In this document: positions 42,704 to 54,537 of the stretch, piece after piece | Numbering within the stretch: position 1 is the first letter of the stretch | Layout of the letters: each line of letters begins with the position of its first letter | Assembly (NCBI GenBank): GCA_002269645.1 | Contig: NIVC01000048.1 | Span: 269,491 to 333,490 of the forward strand | Source of the DNA: Macrostomum lignano | Taxonomy: Eukaryota | Direction of reading: 5' to 3' | Length of the DNA stretch: 64,000 bases | Notes under the pieces: generated by a model | What the model was told of the DNA's origin: nothing | The model's database searches: none | What the model saw: only the letters and a program-made list of their open reading frames with translations | Made by a program: the position numbers and the translations under genes

Positions 42704-43329
42704 GAAATAATTGATGGATGCCCGTCAAAACGGCCACACGCGGAACGGCCACACGACAAAACGGCCACACCGTCAAAACAGCCACACGACAAAACGGCCA
42801 CATAAAACAAAAAGGGTTGCAGATCGACTATTTGTTATGTTAATGAAGCTTCGTTATGTTAATTATTTTTATCAAATCAATTTATCAAAATGCAAAAGAA
42901 GTGAATGCATTGAGATATTGTGAAATTTATGTAGGCCGAAAAGGATCCGAAAAGGAAGCACCACTGTCGTCCATTGTTAAAAATGAAAAATGAAATGAAA
43001 AATTTCGCATCAGAGATAACTACTAACTGCCATAAGATATTTTGCGCTGTTGTTAAATTGTTATTTGAGTATGAGTGCGCCTGCACTTGCTCCTCTCTCT
43101 GCAACCATCCACCTTTATTCTTAATTGACCAGTGCCTCGGCCCCCATGTACGCCACCCCCCCGATCGTTCATCATTTATCTTTCTACTTAAATGTACAAT
43201 CAACCCTCCACTTCTCTTATCTCTTATTATTACAAATTATTACATCGTGTGGCCGTTTTGACGGTGTGGCCGCGTTTTGTCGTGTGGCCGTTCCGCATGT
43301 GGCCGTTTTGACGGCACCCCAAAATTATT
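42704..43329. mobile_element. MULE-like MITE with long TIRs built of aaaacggccacac subrepeats
   Basis: 42715-42800 is the inverted complement of 43245-43320. Confidence 0.7.
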
Positions 43330-45110
43330 TGATTAACTTTGTAAAATTTAAACCGCCGCTAAATTTGGGTGCAGAAAGAAGTTAATTTAAACAAACCTTT
43401 TATGAATAAGAGTGTAGCACTGGGCGCGCTACTACTTTTTTGCATAATTTTCTTTAGCACTTTTTCTTCGACTACGTTTTTTCAGCGCCAGTAAGGCGAT
43501 CAGCGTTGGTGTAGTGTTACGTCCATTAATGCGTCCAGTGAAACCTATAGACGCGCCCCTTCGAGTCACAGTCCTTTGTACAGTTGCGTTACCCACAACC
43601 GTCTAAACTTCACGCAGCTCTGTTGAACACCTGAGGTCCCCATCTTGATCCTGAAGATTCCACCAATTCCCACCAGCTATAGCCTAATACATAGCGTGTT
43701 TCACGCGGTAGTTATTTGTATGCAAGCAAACTCATTTGAAGTGTTCATTGCGGAAGTTTTTCTTGATAATACCGAAAGAGAAGGTTTCTAAAAAATAAGG
43801 CAGCATACAGGTACATGTATTCATTCAAGGACCACAAAAGATATATACACATACATACATGCAGAATTTTACTTATAATAATTTGTCCATGCACTTTGTA
43901 TCATTGGCAATTTTCTGAAAATCCATATACTAAAAATTAATCTAATTTGTCTAGATCTACATGTGATCTAATTTAGAGGTGCCTGCTACACAGGGGCGTC
44001 GCCATGGATTTTACGGTGAGGAGGACAAAGCCAAGAATTCTACCGGGTCCATGAAATTGCTCGCGAGAATTGTTTGCTTGCTGCACATAGGCTTGCCGAC
44101 GTTTGCGTGCAGAAATTTTGCTTGCCGAGATTTGCCAGCCAAAGTTTTGTTGCGGGACCTTAAATAACCTATTTTTAAGCTCTTGTATTTCTAATTTTCA
44201 TTTTCTAAATATTAGTGGAAGTGGAAGTCGCCTTATAATAGTGTTAAGATTTTGTATAAGGATATGGCGGATTTGTAAAGCCCTAACACAGAAATGGAAT
44301 AATTTAGTTTTTTTACTGGGAATATATTTTCAACAAAATTGGACACAATTTCTAACTATAATACACATATCGAATGATTCAGGCAGCGAAATGTACAAAA
44401 TAGATTTTTTGCAAATGAATGTACCACCGATCTGTGAATTGCTACATTTCATGACTCGTTAGGATACCCAACGCTCTGCTTTATAATTACAAACTAATAG
44501 TGACAGTAACCAAGTAATTAAAAGTGTTAACTTAGTCCTTGTGTGCCTAAACTTGTGCCATATGTAGCAAATCTCATCATTGAATTTCGTATGGATGCAT
44601 TTTTGTTTAGTTGGGGGTTAGGACTGTTATTGTATATTATCGATAATGTATTTTGTTGTAATTTCCGACAGTGCGCCCCAATTTAAAAAGCGCTCTCGCA
44701 TCAGACCATGTTGGTACTGTAAGCGGGGAAGTGACTCGGCACCTCGAAATATAAAGTCAGAATTGCGTTTGAATCGCGTTTGATTGACGTCTCGACAAAG
44801 TGCAAGTCTTACATTGGCGACCACGCCAGGACCGAAGTCGTTGGAGCGAGATTGAGCATGTGGAGGCAAGACTTTCTGCAACTTCGTGGCTGAGATGTAC
44901 TAAGGCCTATACCTACTACAGCCATACACGGCGCCGCAGCAGCAGCTGCAGCTGCCGGTCGTCCAGAGCAGGACCGAGTAAAACAGAGTTACCACGATCT
45001 CCATGAATCTGACACAATTGAAACGCTCGACGATGCGATCAACAGTGCTGAGACATGCCCAGTAAGGAGACACAGACACAGGTACTATGATCATTTAGCT
45101 TCTGCTGATT

Positions 45111-46265
45111 ATGCCGAGCACCGAGTGCAAGTGCAACAACGTACAGTGTGAAGCTGCAAGCTCGCCAGATCCACTACAGTCAGAGAGGCAACCTCAACCT
45201 ACGACAGCATTCCCGCTGCAAGGAGGAGCAACCAACAGCAGTAACACCAGGCCGTGCACAGGTATGCCTCACCTGTACCATGGGCAACAGGCAGCACCAA
45301 CACCAGGGACTCGACTGACACCAATCTATGCAGAGGCAGTGCATGCTCCAGTGCAGCATCAATTCAGTCAGCCTCCCTTATCACCAGTGCCCAAGCCTGC
45401 ACCATTCAATAGCTGAGAGAATTTTGACGACTTCCTAAGCCGAATGTCAGCATTCATGAGTCGGTTCCCAGGATTGGGTGAGCACGGCAAAATTGCAACT
45501 TTAATTGCTTATCTAGGACCTGCATTTGCCACGTACGCAGCTTGGTTCGACCAGCAGTGCGTCCTGCATGGGTTGCCAGTTGGTTCAAACCTGGAGCACC
45601 TCCCTGGAGCACGGTATGACTCACTGCTACAGTTTCTGCGAGCGCGGTACGGAGGAGCAAAGAGTACAGCCTTGCTTCGGCTTGAGCTTCGAAGTCGATA
45701 CCGAGGAAAAGATGAAACCTTCGAACAGTTTCTCACTGCATTGCAACGCCTGGCTGTCAAAGCATTTCCTGATGCAGGTGCTCACGAGTTCCTTCAACAG
45801 GCTGTCTTGGACCAGTTAATCCAGGGCCTAAACAACAGCTATGTGTCAGAGCGTCTTCTTAATATGCCAATGGCAGTGACAACAACAGAGCAAGCGCTCC
45901 GATGGGCTCAGCAGATCCGCGAGACTCAGCAATTCCTGGAAGGCCAAGGACATAATCAGCAGCATCAACGCGGCACGGCGACGTCGGCACCCGTGGTGGG
46001 ATCAGCAGCTCCGCCAATGCATGGACAACGACCTGGTGGTGAGCACCAGAGTGACCCAACAACATCGTGGAAGCCACTGAATCGACAGCCGCATGCGACC
46101 CCAAGACCACCTCAGCAACAGGCCCAAGCTCAAGCTGGCCATCATCCGTCGCACCGACCAATGCCAGTGTGTTACAGCTGTAATCTGCCAGGTCACATTC
46201 GAAGGAACTGCCCAAACGCCAGGGGGGCTGGTCCACAGGGCCAGTACCGGCCCTCTCGGCACTGA
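45111..46265 (+). pseudogene. gag: gag of the gypsy element, in-frame TGA at 45414-45416
   Basis: PAPFNS*ENFDDFLSRM is colinear and in frame; C-terminal CYSCNLPGHIRRNC knuckle. Confidence 0.8.
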
Positions 46266-46299
46266 GCAAATCGGCCCCGCCCTCACGCCCCAGCTGCCA

Positions 46300-49200
46300 G
46301 CCCGGTCAAGCGCGTTTCGTCACCGCGCGCATCTGCAGACGTCGTCGGCCCTGCTTGATCGACACAGGTGCCGAAGTTTCCTGCATCAGTCTCAACATCG
46401 CGCGATCAATCAGGCGGCAGTTCAAACCCAGCAAAAAAACCATCTATGGCGTGAGTGGCAATCCGGCGAGCGTGCTGGGTGAGATTCATTTGTACTTCTC
46501 TCTCGGATCTGTCCAGTTTCAACACACCTTTCTGGTGGTGACAGACTTAAATGTACCTATAATTCTGGGATGTGACTTTCTTGACAAGCAAGACTGCTTA
46601 ATTCATCTCGGTTCGGGCTGTCTCGTTTTCAATGGCCTTGGAGCAACAGTGCCGCTGCGGAAGTCGAAGCAGGCAGCGCAGTCCAGCAAACTGGTGGCGG
46701 CAGCAGCAGTTCAGTTACAGCCTGGTGAAGGTTGGACCCGTTCCAGTCCGACCGTTGCACGTGACCGCGTGGACAAGTTCGGAGGCACCCGGCATCGTCA
46801 ACGGTAGCAGGTCATCGAAGGTCTTGATTGCTCGCTGTGTAGCCAAAATATCGAACAATGGCATGGGCGTCGCAATCATCAACGCTAGCGATGCACCGGT
46901 GGCTGTCAGAGAAGGCGACACCATCGGATGGTTCACGCCACTCAGCAGCCAAGGCGGGACGCGGCTCCAGTTTACCAGCATGGCAACAGCGACAACCTCA
47001 ATAGATGGCAATGCACCATGGCTTCGAGAAGTGCACATTGCCGACGAAATTTCAGCGAGTGAACAGCAGCAGATCAGAGACCTCCTTCTGGAATTCAACG
47101 ACGTGTTTGCATCACCTGGCAACCAGGGCTGCACCCGTCTGCTGAGCCATACCATCGACACCGGTGATGCGAGACCGATCCGGCAAGGTATACGCCGTGC
47201 AGCTCCTACGGCAATCGTGCAGCAAAAAGAGCTGGTCGAAGACATGCTGAGCAGAGGTGTCATTCAGCCATCATCTTCTCAGTGGGCGTCGCCGATTGTC
47301 CTGGTTCGAAAAAAAGACGGCTCGGCACGTTTTTGCCTCGACTACCGGCAGCTCAACTCGGTGACCAAGCCCGATGCATTTCCAATGCCTCGCGTTTACG
47401 ACACGCTGGATGCGCTGGAGGGCAACAGTTTTTTCTCCGCACTCGACCTGGAAAGCGGATATTGGCAAGTTGAAATGAATGAGAAAGACAAAGAAAAAAC
47501 GGCATTCGTCTGCCACGAAGGCATTTTTGAGTTCAACGTAATGCCATTCGGCCTCCGCAATGCACCAGCTACATTCCAGCGCTTGATGCAATTAGTGCTC
47601 GGGGACTCACGTGACAAGCGTGCCTTGTCTTCATAGATGATGTTATCGTCATGGGCCGGACGATGGCCGAACACAACAATCGGCTAAGAGCGGTGCTAGA
47701 GCGTCTTCGCGAAGCCAACTTGCGTCTTAAGCCGTCCAAATGTCGTTTCGCCAATTCCAGCATCATCGTTCTGGGTCACCGAGTCTCCAGGACTGGCATC
47801 GCAGTCGACGAGTCGAAGACAGCAGCAGTGCGCGACTGGCCAAAACCGCACTCGCCAAGGACGTCAAAAGTTTCCTTGGCATGACATCGTACTACAGGAG
47901 ATTTGTTCGCGACTACGCCAAGATTGCAGAACCGCTAAGGCGACTGACTCTGACAACCGGCTTTAAATGGACACCAGCCGCCGAAGTGGCCTTCAACCAG
48001 TTGAAGCAAGTGCTTACATCCGCGCCGATCCTGGCCTTTCCGGACACCAGCGACACTGGCGGTGAGTACATCTTGGACACCGACGCCAGTGATTGCGCAG
48101 TTGGTGCTGTTTTGTCGCAAATTCAGGCTGGTGAAGAGCGAGTCGTGGCGTATGCAAGTCGCACGCTGTCTCGGGCTGAACGCAATTACTGCGTGACACG
48201 GCGCGAGCTACTGGCAGTTGTCGAATTTGTAAAGAAATTTCGAAGTTATCTGCTGGCACGGCCATTCACGATCAGAGTCGATCATCAAGCCCTGACGTAC
48301 CTGCTGAACTTCAAGGAACCGGAGGGTCAATTAGCGAGATGGTTGCAAATCCTCGACGAGTTTGACTTCGAGATAGTGTTCCGTCCTGGACGTCAGCACT
48401 CGAATGCCGATGCACTTTCACGCCGGACATCGAAATGCACGATTCAGTGCCGGGTTTGTCGGCCAGAATCGGCAGCTGAACTACGGAAGCCGTCAGCTAC
48501 GGTAGCTTGTCAAACGGAGCCAATTGCGGAGACAGCGAGGCCGGTTGCGAACGTAGCTTGCCAAGCAGAAAAATTCGCTGAAACACCAGTGCAAACGGCA
48601 TCAACACCCTGTCAAGTGGAAGCTGGTGGTACTAAACTCGCGCTGGTCAACGAGGCGACGACAGACCCTGCGCCTTCAGCAGCCGACCCTCAGAACGACC
48701 CTAGGACTGCTGGCCGCGCTCCATCTAGACGGAAGCAGCAGCTGCAGCCGAGGCCAAGCGAAAGCGAGGAGTCCAGCGATAGTGATGACCAGGATGATGA
48801 TGGCGACAATGAGACCGGCCAGGCGAGAGCAATGCAGTCGAACGAGTCTCTGACGCTGCGTGAGCGGCAGCTCAAAGACGCTGACATCGGACCAGTATTT
48901 CGTCTTCTCGCCAAAGGCAAGACAAGACTCAGCGACCAGCAACGAGCCCGACTACCACCAGGGAGCCTGATCCTGGCGCAGAAGATCAAAGAACTATGTT
49001 TCGTTGATGGAGCCCTGCACAGACTGGTGGAGTCGAAGCAGCTGATCGATGAGATTCACGAAGTTGGTCATCTGGGCGAAGCGAAGACACTGGCAGCCCT
49101 CAAGTCGAGGTGTTACTGGCCGAAAATGTCCGAGAGCATCAGAGTTGCAGTCAGAGCATGTCAGGTGTGCCAGCGCGCCAAAACCAGCGGCCATTAGCGG

Positions 49201-50173
49201 GCACCACTTCGATCGATAGAGAGCAGTTTCCCGATGCAGCGCATAGGCATCGATGTGGTTAAGATCGGCGTGTCTCGGCATGGAAATGATCGTCTGTTGA
49301 CGATCATGGACTACTTCACGAAGTGGGTGGAGCTGGTGCCTACGCCGGATGAGAAAGCAGCAACAATTGCCAGGGCGCTGTTTGACAATTGGGTGTCGCG
49401 GTGGGGCGCACCGCACATCCTCCACTCCGACCGTGGCAAGGCCGTTGACGGGAAAATAATCCGGAGCCTCTGCAGACTGCTCGACGGTACAGAAGACGCG
49501 GACGTCTGGTTACCATCCGCAGTGTGACGGTCTGGTAGAACGGTTCCATCGCATACTCCACCAGATGCTCCGCTGCCACCTTCAGACCGTCCAGTTCGAC
49601 GAGTGGGAGGAGGTGTTGCCGCACTGTCTCCTTGCTTACCGCAGTAGTGTCAACGCAACCTCCGGTTTCACGCCGCACTTTCTGATGACGGGCCGAGAGG
49701 TGACCTTGCCGCTGGACATTGTCTACCGACTGCCGGAGCCACCGAGAACTACAGGAAAATTCGCCGCGGACAACCGGGATCGACTGCTCAGCGCCTTCGA
49801 ATCCGTGAGGCTGGCGACAGCAGCGGCACAAAGACGGCAGCGGCGCTACTACGACCAGAAGGCGGCGCGGCGCCGTTTTCGAGCAGGCGACCTGGTGTGG
49901 CTCTTTGTGCCGCCGTCGGCCCTGTCGCGGACGAGTGGCCTGCCACGGAAGCATCAGGCACCGTGGACCGGACCGTTTCGAGTTCTGCGGCGTACATCGC
50001 CTGTCAATTACCTGGTCCGCCCCGTTGAGTACAAGGACGGCGATGCTGGCCGGGTGGTCCACGTCAACAAACTGAAGCGAGCGCATCAGCCACGGCCCCT
50101 GGATCAGCCTCGGAGCGGAGCGGCCAGTGACGACAGCAGTGAGGTGCTTGACGCTGACTGGGTCGTCATTTGA
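46300..50173 (+). pseudogene. pol: pol (PR-RT-RH-IN) of the gypsy element, fragmented by frameshifts and a TAG at 49195-49197
   Basis: ORF pieces 46355-46807, 46632-47636, 47740-49197, 49234-49527 and 49565-50173 carry successive PR, RT, RH and IN motifs. Confidence 0.88.
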
Positions 50174-51888
50174 TAGAGTGTGAGGATATGGACTGTGCTG
50201 AGGTTCCTTGGACTTAAATTGCAGAGTGCACAAATTTTCCCTAATTGAAGTTCAGCATGTACAATGTTGTAAGTTTTAATCGCAATTTTGTTCGCGTTTT
50301 GGCTGCCCCATCTGTCTAGAGTCCTCTTTTGTGTGGCGGTGGTCGATGCTTGGCGGGTTTTGGACTGTGGGGATTAGTATTGTTCAGTTTGGCCCTTGTT
50401 GGCGCAGCCGTGCCGCTGTACTGCATACCCTTTAGAATTCTGTTGGAATTTACGGTCGTGTTTTTATTATTGATCTAATTGTGCTGCCCTATTTCAGCTG
50501 CTTTAATGCACTTCGCGAAATACTTCAGTGTTACTTATTATTTTCATGCCTTCTGTGTAAATATTTCTTTCGCTTTTATCGCTCAATATTTCAATATCAA
50601 AATAATCGCACTATTTTATTAAAAAAATTCTTTTATTGCTTCTTATTAAGGCATAACCTATCGATCCAACAATTCGTTCATTTAATCGAAATCGTACCTT
50701 TAAATCCCCGATTGCTGTTCCTGGTCCCAATGAAATCGCACAATTCAATGTATTCAACTGTCAAGCAAGTTGGCATGTCACAAGTCCCATTTGGGCTGTT
50801 TTCATGTGTTTCTAACCCTGTATTGTGCATTTCTGTGGGGAATCAAGCATCCGAAATGTTATGGAAGCATTGGTTGCCCGTTTCTTTTGCGATGCATCTT
50901 GGCTGCTCACAGTGCGGTGCTTCGCCTCTTTTGCCGATCTGTAGCATTAAGCCGAGTACTGATGTGCTCACTACTTATATGCATATACCGTGAATTTTGT
51001 GTGACTGTAAAATTGTGGTAAACTACATGTAACTTTCTCCTTGTGTAATGCAGTTTTTTTGCCAATGAGGACATTGTCAATTTCCGTTGGGGGGGATAAT
51101 GTAGCAAATCTCATCATTGAATTTCGTATGGATGCATTTTTGTTTAGTTGGGGGTTAGGACTGTTAATGTATAATATCGATAATGTATTTTGTTGTAATT
51201 TCCGACAGTGCGCCCCAATTTAAAAAGCGCTCTCGCATCAGACCATGTTGGTACTGTAAGCGGGGAAGTGACTCGGCACCTCGAAATATAAAGTCAAAAT
51301 TGCGTTTGAATCGCGTTTGATTGACGTCTCGACAAAGTGCAAGTCTTACACATAAATTAATTGAAAACAATGATTAATAATTTTTCACTCTTAAAGCAAA
51401 CACGCTTGAAGATATTAAACCGATGTAAATTGTAAATGAGGCCCGGTTTCAGTCAATTTATTAGAGTGAACAATATTTGAATTCACTTTTGTTATACAAA
51501 CGTTGCGAAAATTAGACAAATCGATTTGAAACGGGGTGAACGTGAAAGTTCCTGCAAGCAAACTTCGGCAAGTAAACTTCCCTGTCACTCACCCTGTCCC
51601 TGTCATTCCTGTCACTCTCACCCCTGTCCCTCCTGTCACACAGCCTGTCAACCCTGTAAACCCTGTCACCCCTGTCACCAAAGAACACGAACTTAATGAA
51701 CATATAAGTATATTTGCTTTTAACCATGATCCATGCATTTGTAGCAGCCGATCATTCAATTATCAGTATATTTTAATGCATATTGCTGACAATATTGCTG
51801 GAACACAGACTGTCAGTCTTGAATAAATCTGTTTACATGACGCCAGTTTTTATTGCCGTTAATTTTGTTTGCTTATTAATCATCAGCC

Positions 51889-52062
51889 ACTCATAATTGC
51901 AGGGGACTCAGCATCAGCTACTCATAATTGCAGGGGACTCAGCATCAGCTACTCATAATTGCAGGGGACTCAGCATCAGCTACTCATAATTGCAGGGGAC
52001 TCAGCATCAGCTACTCATAATTGCAGGGGACTCAGCATCAGCTACTCATAATTGCAGGGGAC
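51889..52062. repeat. 31-bp minisatellite (actcataattgcaggggactcagcatcagct)
   Basis: About 5.5 copies. Confidence 0.92.
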
Positions 52063-52134
52063 ACGGTAGACTCTCGCGTTGTAGAAACCCGTTCGCGGCC
52101 ATTTTAAAAGGGTCAAACAGAAAGACATCTACAA

Positions 52135-52752
52135 AGTCTAAGGTGTCAGATGGGGTGCCAATCTAGAGTCTCAGATGGGCGCCAATCTAGGTGTCAGATG
52201 GGCGCCAATCTAAGTGTCAGATGAGGTGCCAATCTAAGGTGTCAGATGGGGTGCCAATCTAAGGTGTCAAATGGGGTGCCAATCTAAGGTGTCAGATGAG
52301 GTGCCAATCTAAGGTGTCAGATGGGGTGCCAATCTAAGGTGTCAAATGGGGTGCCAATCTAAGGTGTCAGATGGGGTGCCAATCTAAGGTGTCAGATGAG
52401 GTGCCAATCTAAGGTGTCAGATGGGGTGCCAATCTAAGGTGTCAAATGGGGTGCCAATCTAAGGTGTCAGATGAGGTGCCAATCTAAGGTGTCAGATGGG
52501 GTGCCAATCTAAGGTGTCAAATGGGGTGCCAATCTAAGGTGTCAGATGGGGTGCCAATCTAAGGTGTCAGATGAGGTGCCAATCTAAGGTGTCAGATGGG
52601 GTGCCAATCTAAGGTGTCAAATGGGGTGCCAATCTAAGGTGTCAGATGGGGTGCCAATCTAAGGTGTCAGATGGGGTGCCAATCTAAGGGTGTCAGATGG
52701 TGCCAAGTCAATGTGAGATGGGGTGCCAATCTAGAGTGTCAGATGGGCGCCA
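52135..52752. repeat. 25-bp minisatellite (aatctaaggtgtcagatggggtgcc)
   Basis: About 24 copies. Confidence 0.95.
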
Positions 52753-53135
52753 ATATAGGGCTTCCTATTGTCAAATGACTTCAATCTCAAGTTTTCGATA
52801 CTGCAATCGCTGACACCAAAGCCAACCCAGGAAGAAACGGGTGCTTCCAGTTGGCAGCCGGTAACAACAGCTCCGTCGCCGTCTCGCCTCGCCACAGTCG
52901 TCCACAGCTCGCAGTCTGGTCGAGTGCACCACTGAATGCCAGACAGCAGCCAGCTGTGAAATTCCCCCGAAATCTGAAGCTCTGCCGTCAACGGAGGTCA
53001 ATGGAGATCTCGGTAACTCAGTGGCTAAGTGGTCATTGTCCGCGGCTAAGTGGATCGCGACTATCGCCAACATTGAAAATTTGACTCACGCTGCAACAGT
53101 GAGCAAAGACTTTGACTGTGGGGATTGTTACTTTA

Positions 53136-53281
53136 GGCATGGTGACTGTAGGCATGGTGACTGTAGGCATGGTGACTGTAGGCATGGTGACTGTAGGCAT
53201 GGTGACTGTAGGCATGGTGACTGTAGGCATGGTGACTGTAGCATGGTGACTGTAGGCATGGTGACTGTAGGCATGGTGACA
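53136..53281. repeat. 15-bp minisatellite (ggcatggtgactgta)
   Basis: About 9 copies. Confidence 0.92.
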
Positions 53282-54221
53282 CGTGCACTGAATCAAGAGT
53301 GGCAGGATTTCAGCTGGCCGGGATGACTCAGAGGTTGAATAATTGAATTCCTAGGCCGATTACCAGGTAGATAGACAGCTTATTCAATGTAGAGAGTTCC
53401 AGACGTGTCCCAATGGCTTAGTGACCAAGACTTTAACAAGGACTGCAAGGCGATCTCAATAAATAGTACTGTGCTACCCGGCCAAATATGAATAAAGATT
53501 TATATTTCAATTGATTCCATCGTCACTGCAGGTTTCTGTCTGCCCCTGTAAGCCAATTTTTGCCACAATGGCCGTTTGCCATCTGTTTACAATATCAAAC
53601 AGAGGGGCGCCAGTGATGAGAAGCTTCTTTAGAAAAGCAAAAGAATGTTAATTATTGCTGCTAAAATGCACTCGCCATATTCAACCCAGCAGAGTCTCAG
53701 CTGGCTCGAATGCACACGAGACGAACAGGCGAAAGCATTCGGAGAGACGGGGAGAGCCAACCCCCTGTTACTTGGCAACCGATCGTCTGCAACTGCTGCA
53801 ATTGGGAAGGCCAGCGGGCAGGGTGAAAGAGAAGCCTGACCAAGTTTAACAATGCATTTTTCTTGCACATTTGAACGCCTTCTCAAACCTGATGCACTGA
53901 GGGACTGAGAAGCATTTTACACTGCTCAGTAGGCCATGAAAAGCGTTCGCAGACCTCACACTGCACAATGGGTCAGCTCAGCCTCATCAAGTACAGCTTG
54001 GGGTGGCCGCTGCAGCCGCAGCCTCTCCGTTGCCATGCTGGGTGCACAGAGGCGAAGGCGGCGGACTCAGCGCTCATGCACGGGTGAGAAGATTCGGCTG
54101 CAAAGGCCAGGGGTGGTCGGCGCTCGCCAGAGGCTGCAAAAAGGTGGGCAGCTGAGAGATGAGGCGGTAAAATCTTTCTGGCAACCGGCTGCACAAACCT
54201 TTGAAACATCTGTCGCTCTGA

Positions 54222-54410
54222 GTGCAGCCGTGACTGACATCTGCCACTCTGACAGCAGCCGTGACTGACATCTGCCGCTCTGACAGCAGCCGTGACTGAC
54301 ATCTGCCACTCTGACAGCAGCCGTGACTGACATCTGCCGCTCTGACAGCAGCCGTGACTGACATCTGGCACTCTGACAGCAGCCGTGACTGACATCTGCC
54401 ACTCTAACAG
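54222..54410. repeat. 31-bp minisatellite (gccgtgactgacatctgccactctgacagca) upstream of the ankyrin gene
   Basis: About 6 copies. Confidence 0.9.
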
Positions 54411-54537
54411 CAGACAATAATCACAGACAGTAAAAGTTGATTAAAGAAGTAGAGTGATAAAAAAACTACAAATCGTTCGTGACAAGCAATTAAGAATATT
54501 CTTTCTAGATCAAACAATCTCTGCTGAACCAAGGAAA

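Larger units (their letters stand above)
44563..51350 (+). mobile_element. Full-length Ty3/gypsy LTR retrotransposon (6788 bp), coding region disrupted
   Basis: 251-bp TG..CA LTRs (44563-44813, 51100-51350) with 3 mismatches; 4-bp TSD CATA; PBS TGGCGACCACGCCAGGAC (44815-44832, tRNA-Arg-like by inference); PPT 51088-51099. Coding motifs are the gag CCHC, PR IDTGAEVS, RT, RNase H DTDAS, IN and GPF. Confidence 0.96.

Noticed and set aside
50180-51090. env-like or antisense accessory ORF in the gypsy 3' region
   Set aside because: Only short, stop-interrupted frames without a signal peptide/TM layout or recognisable motif.
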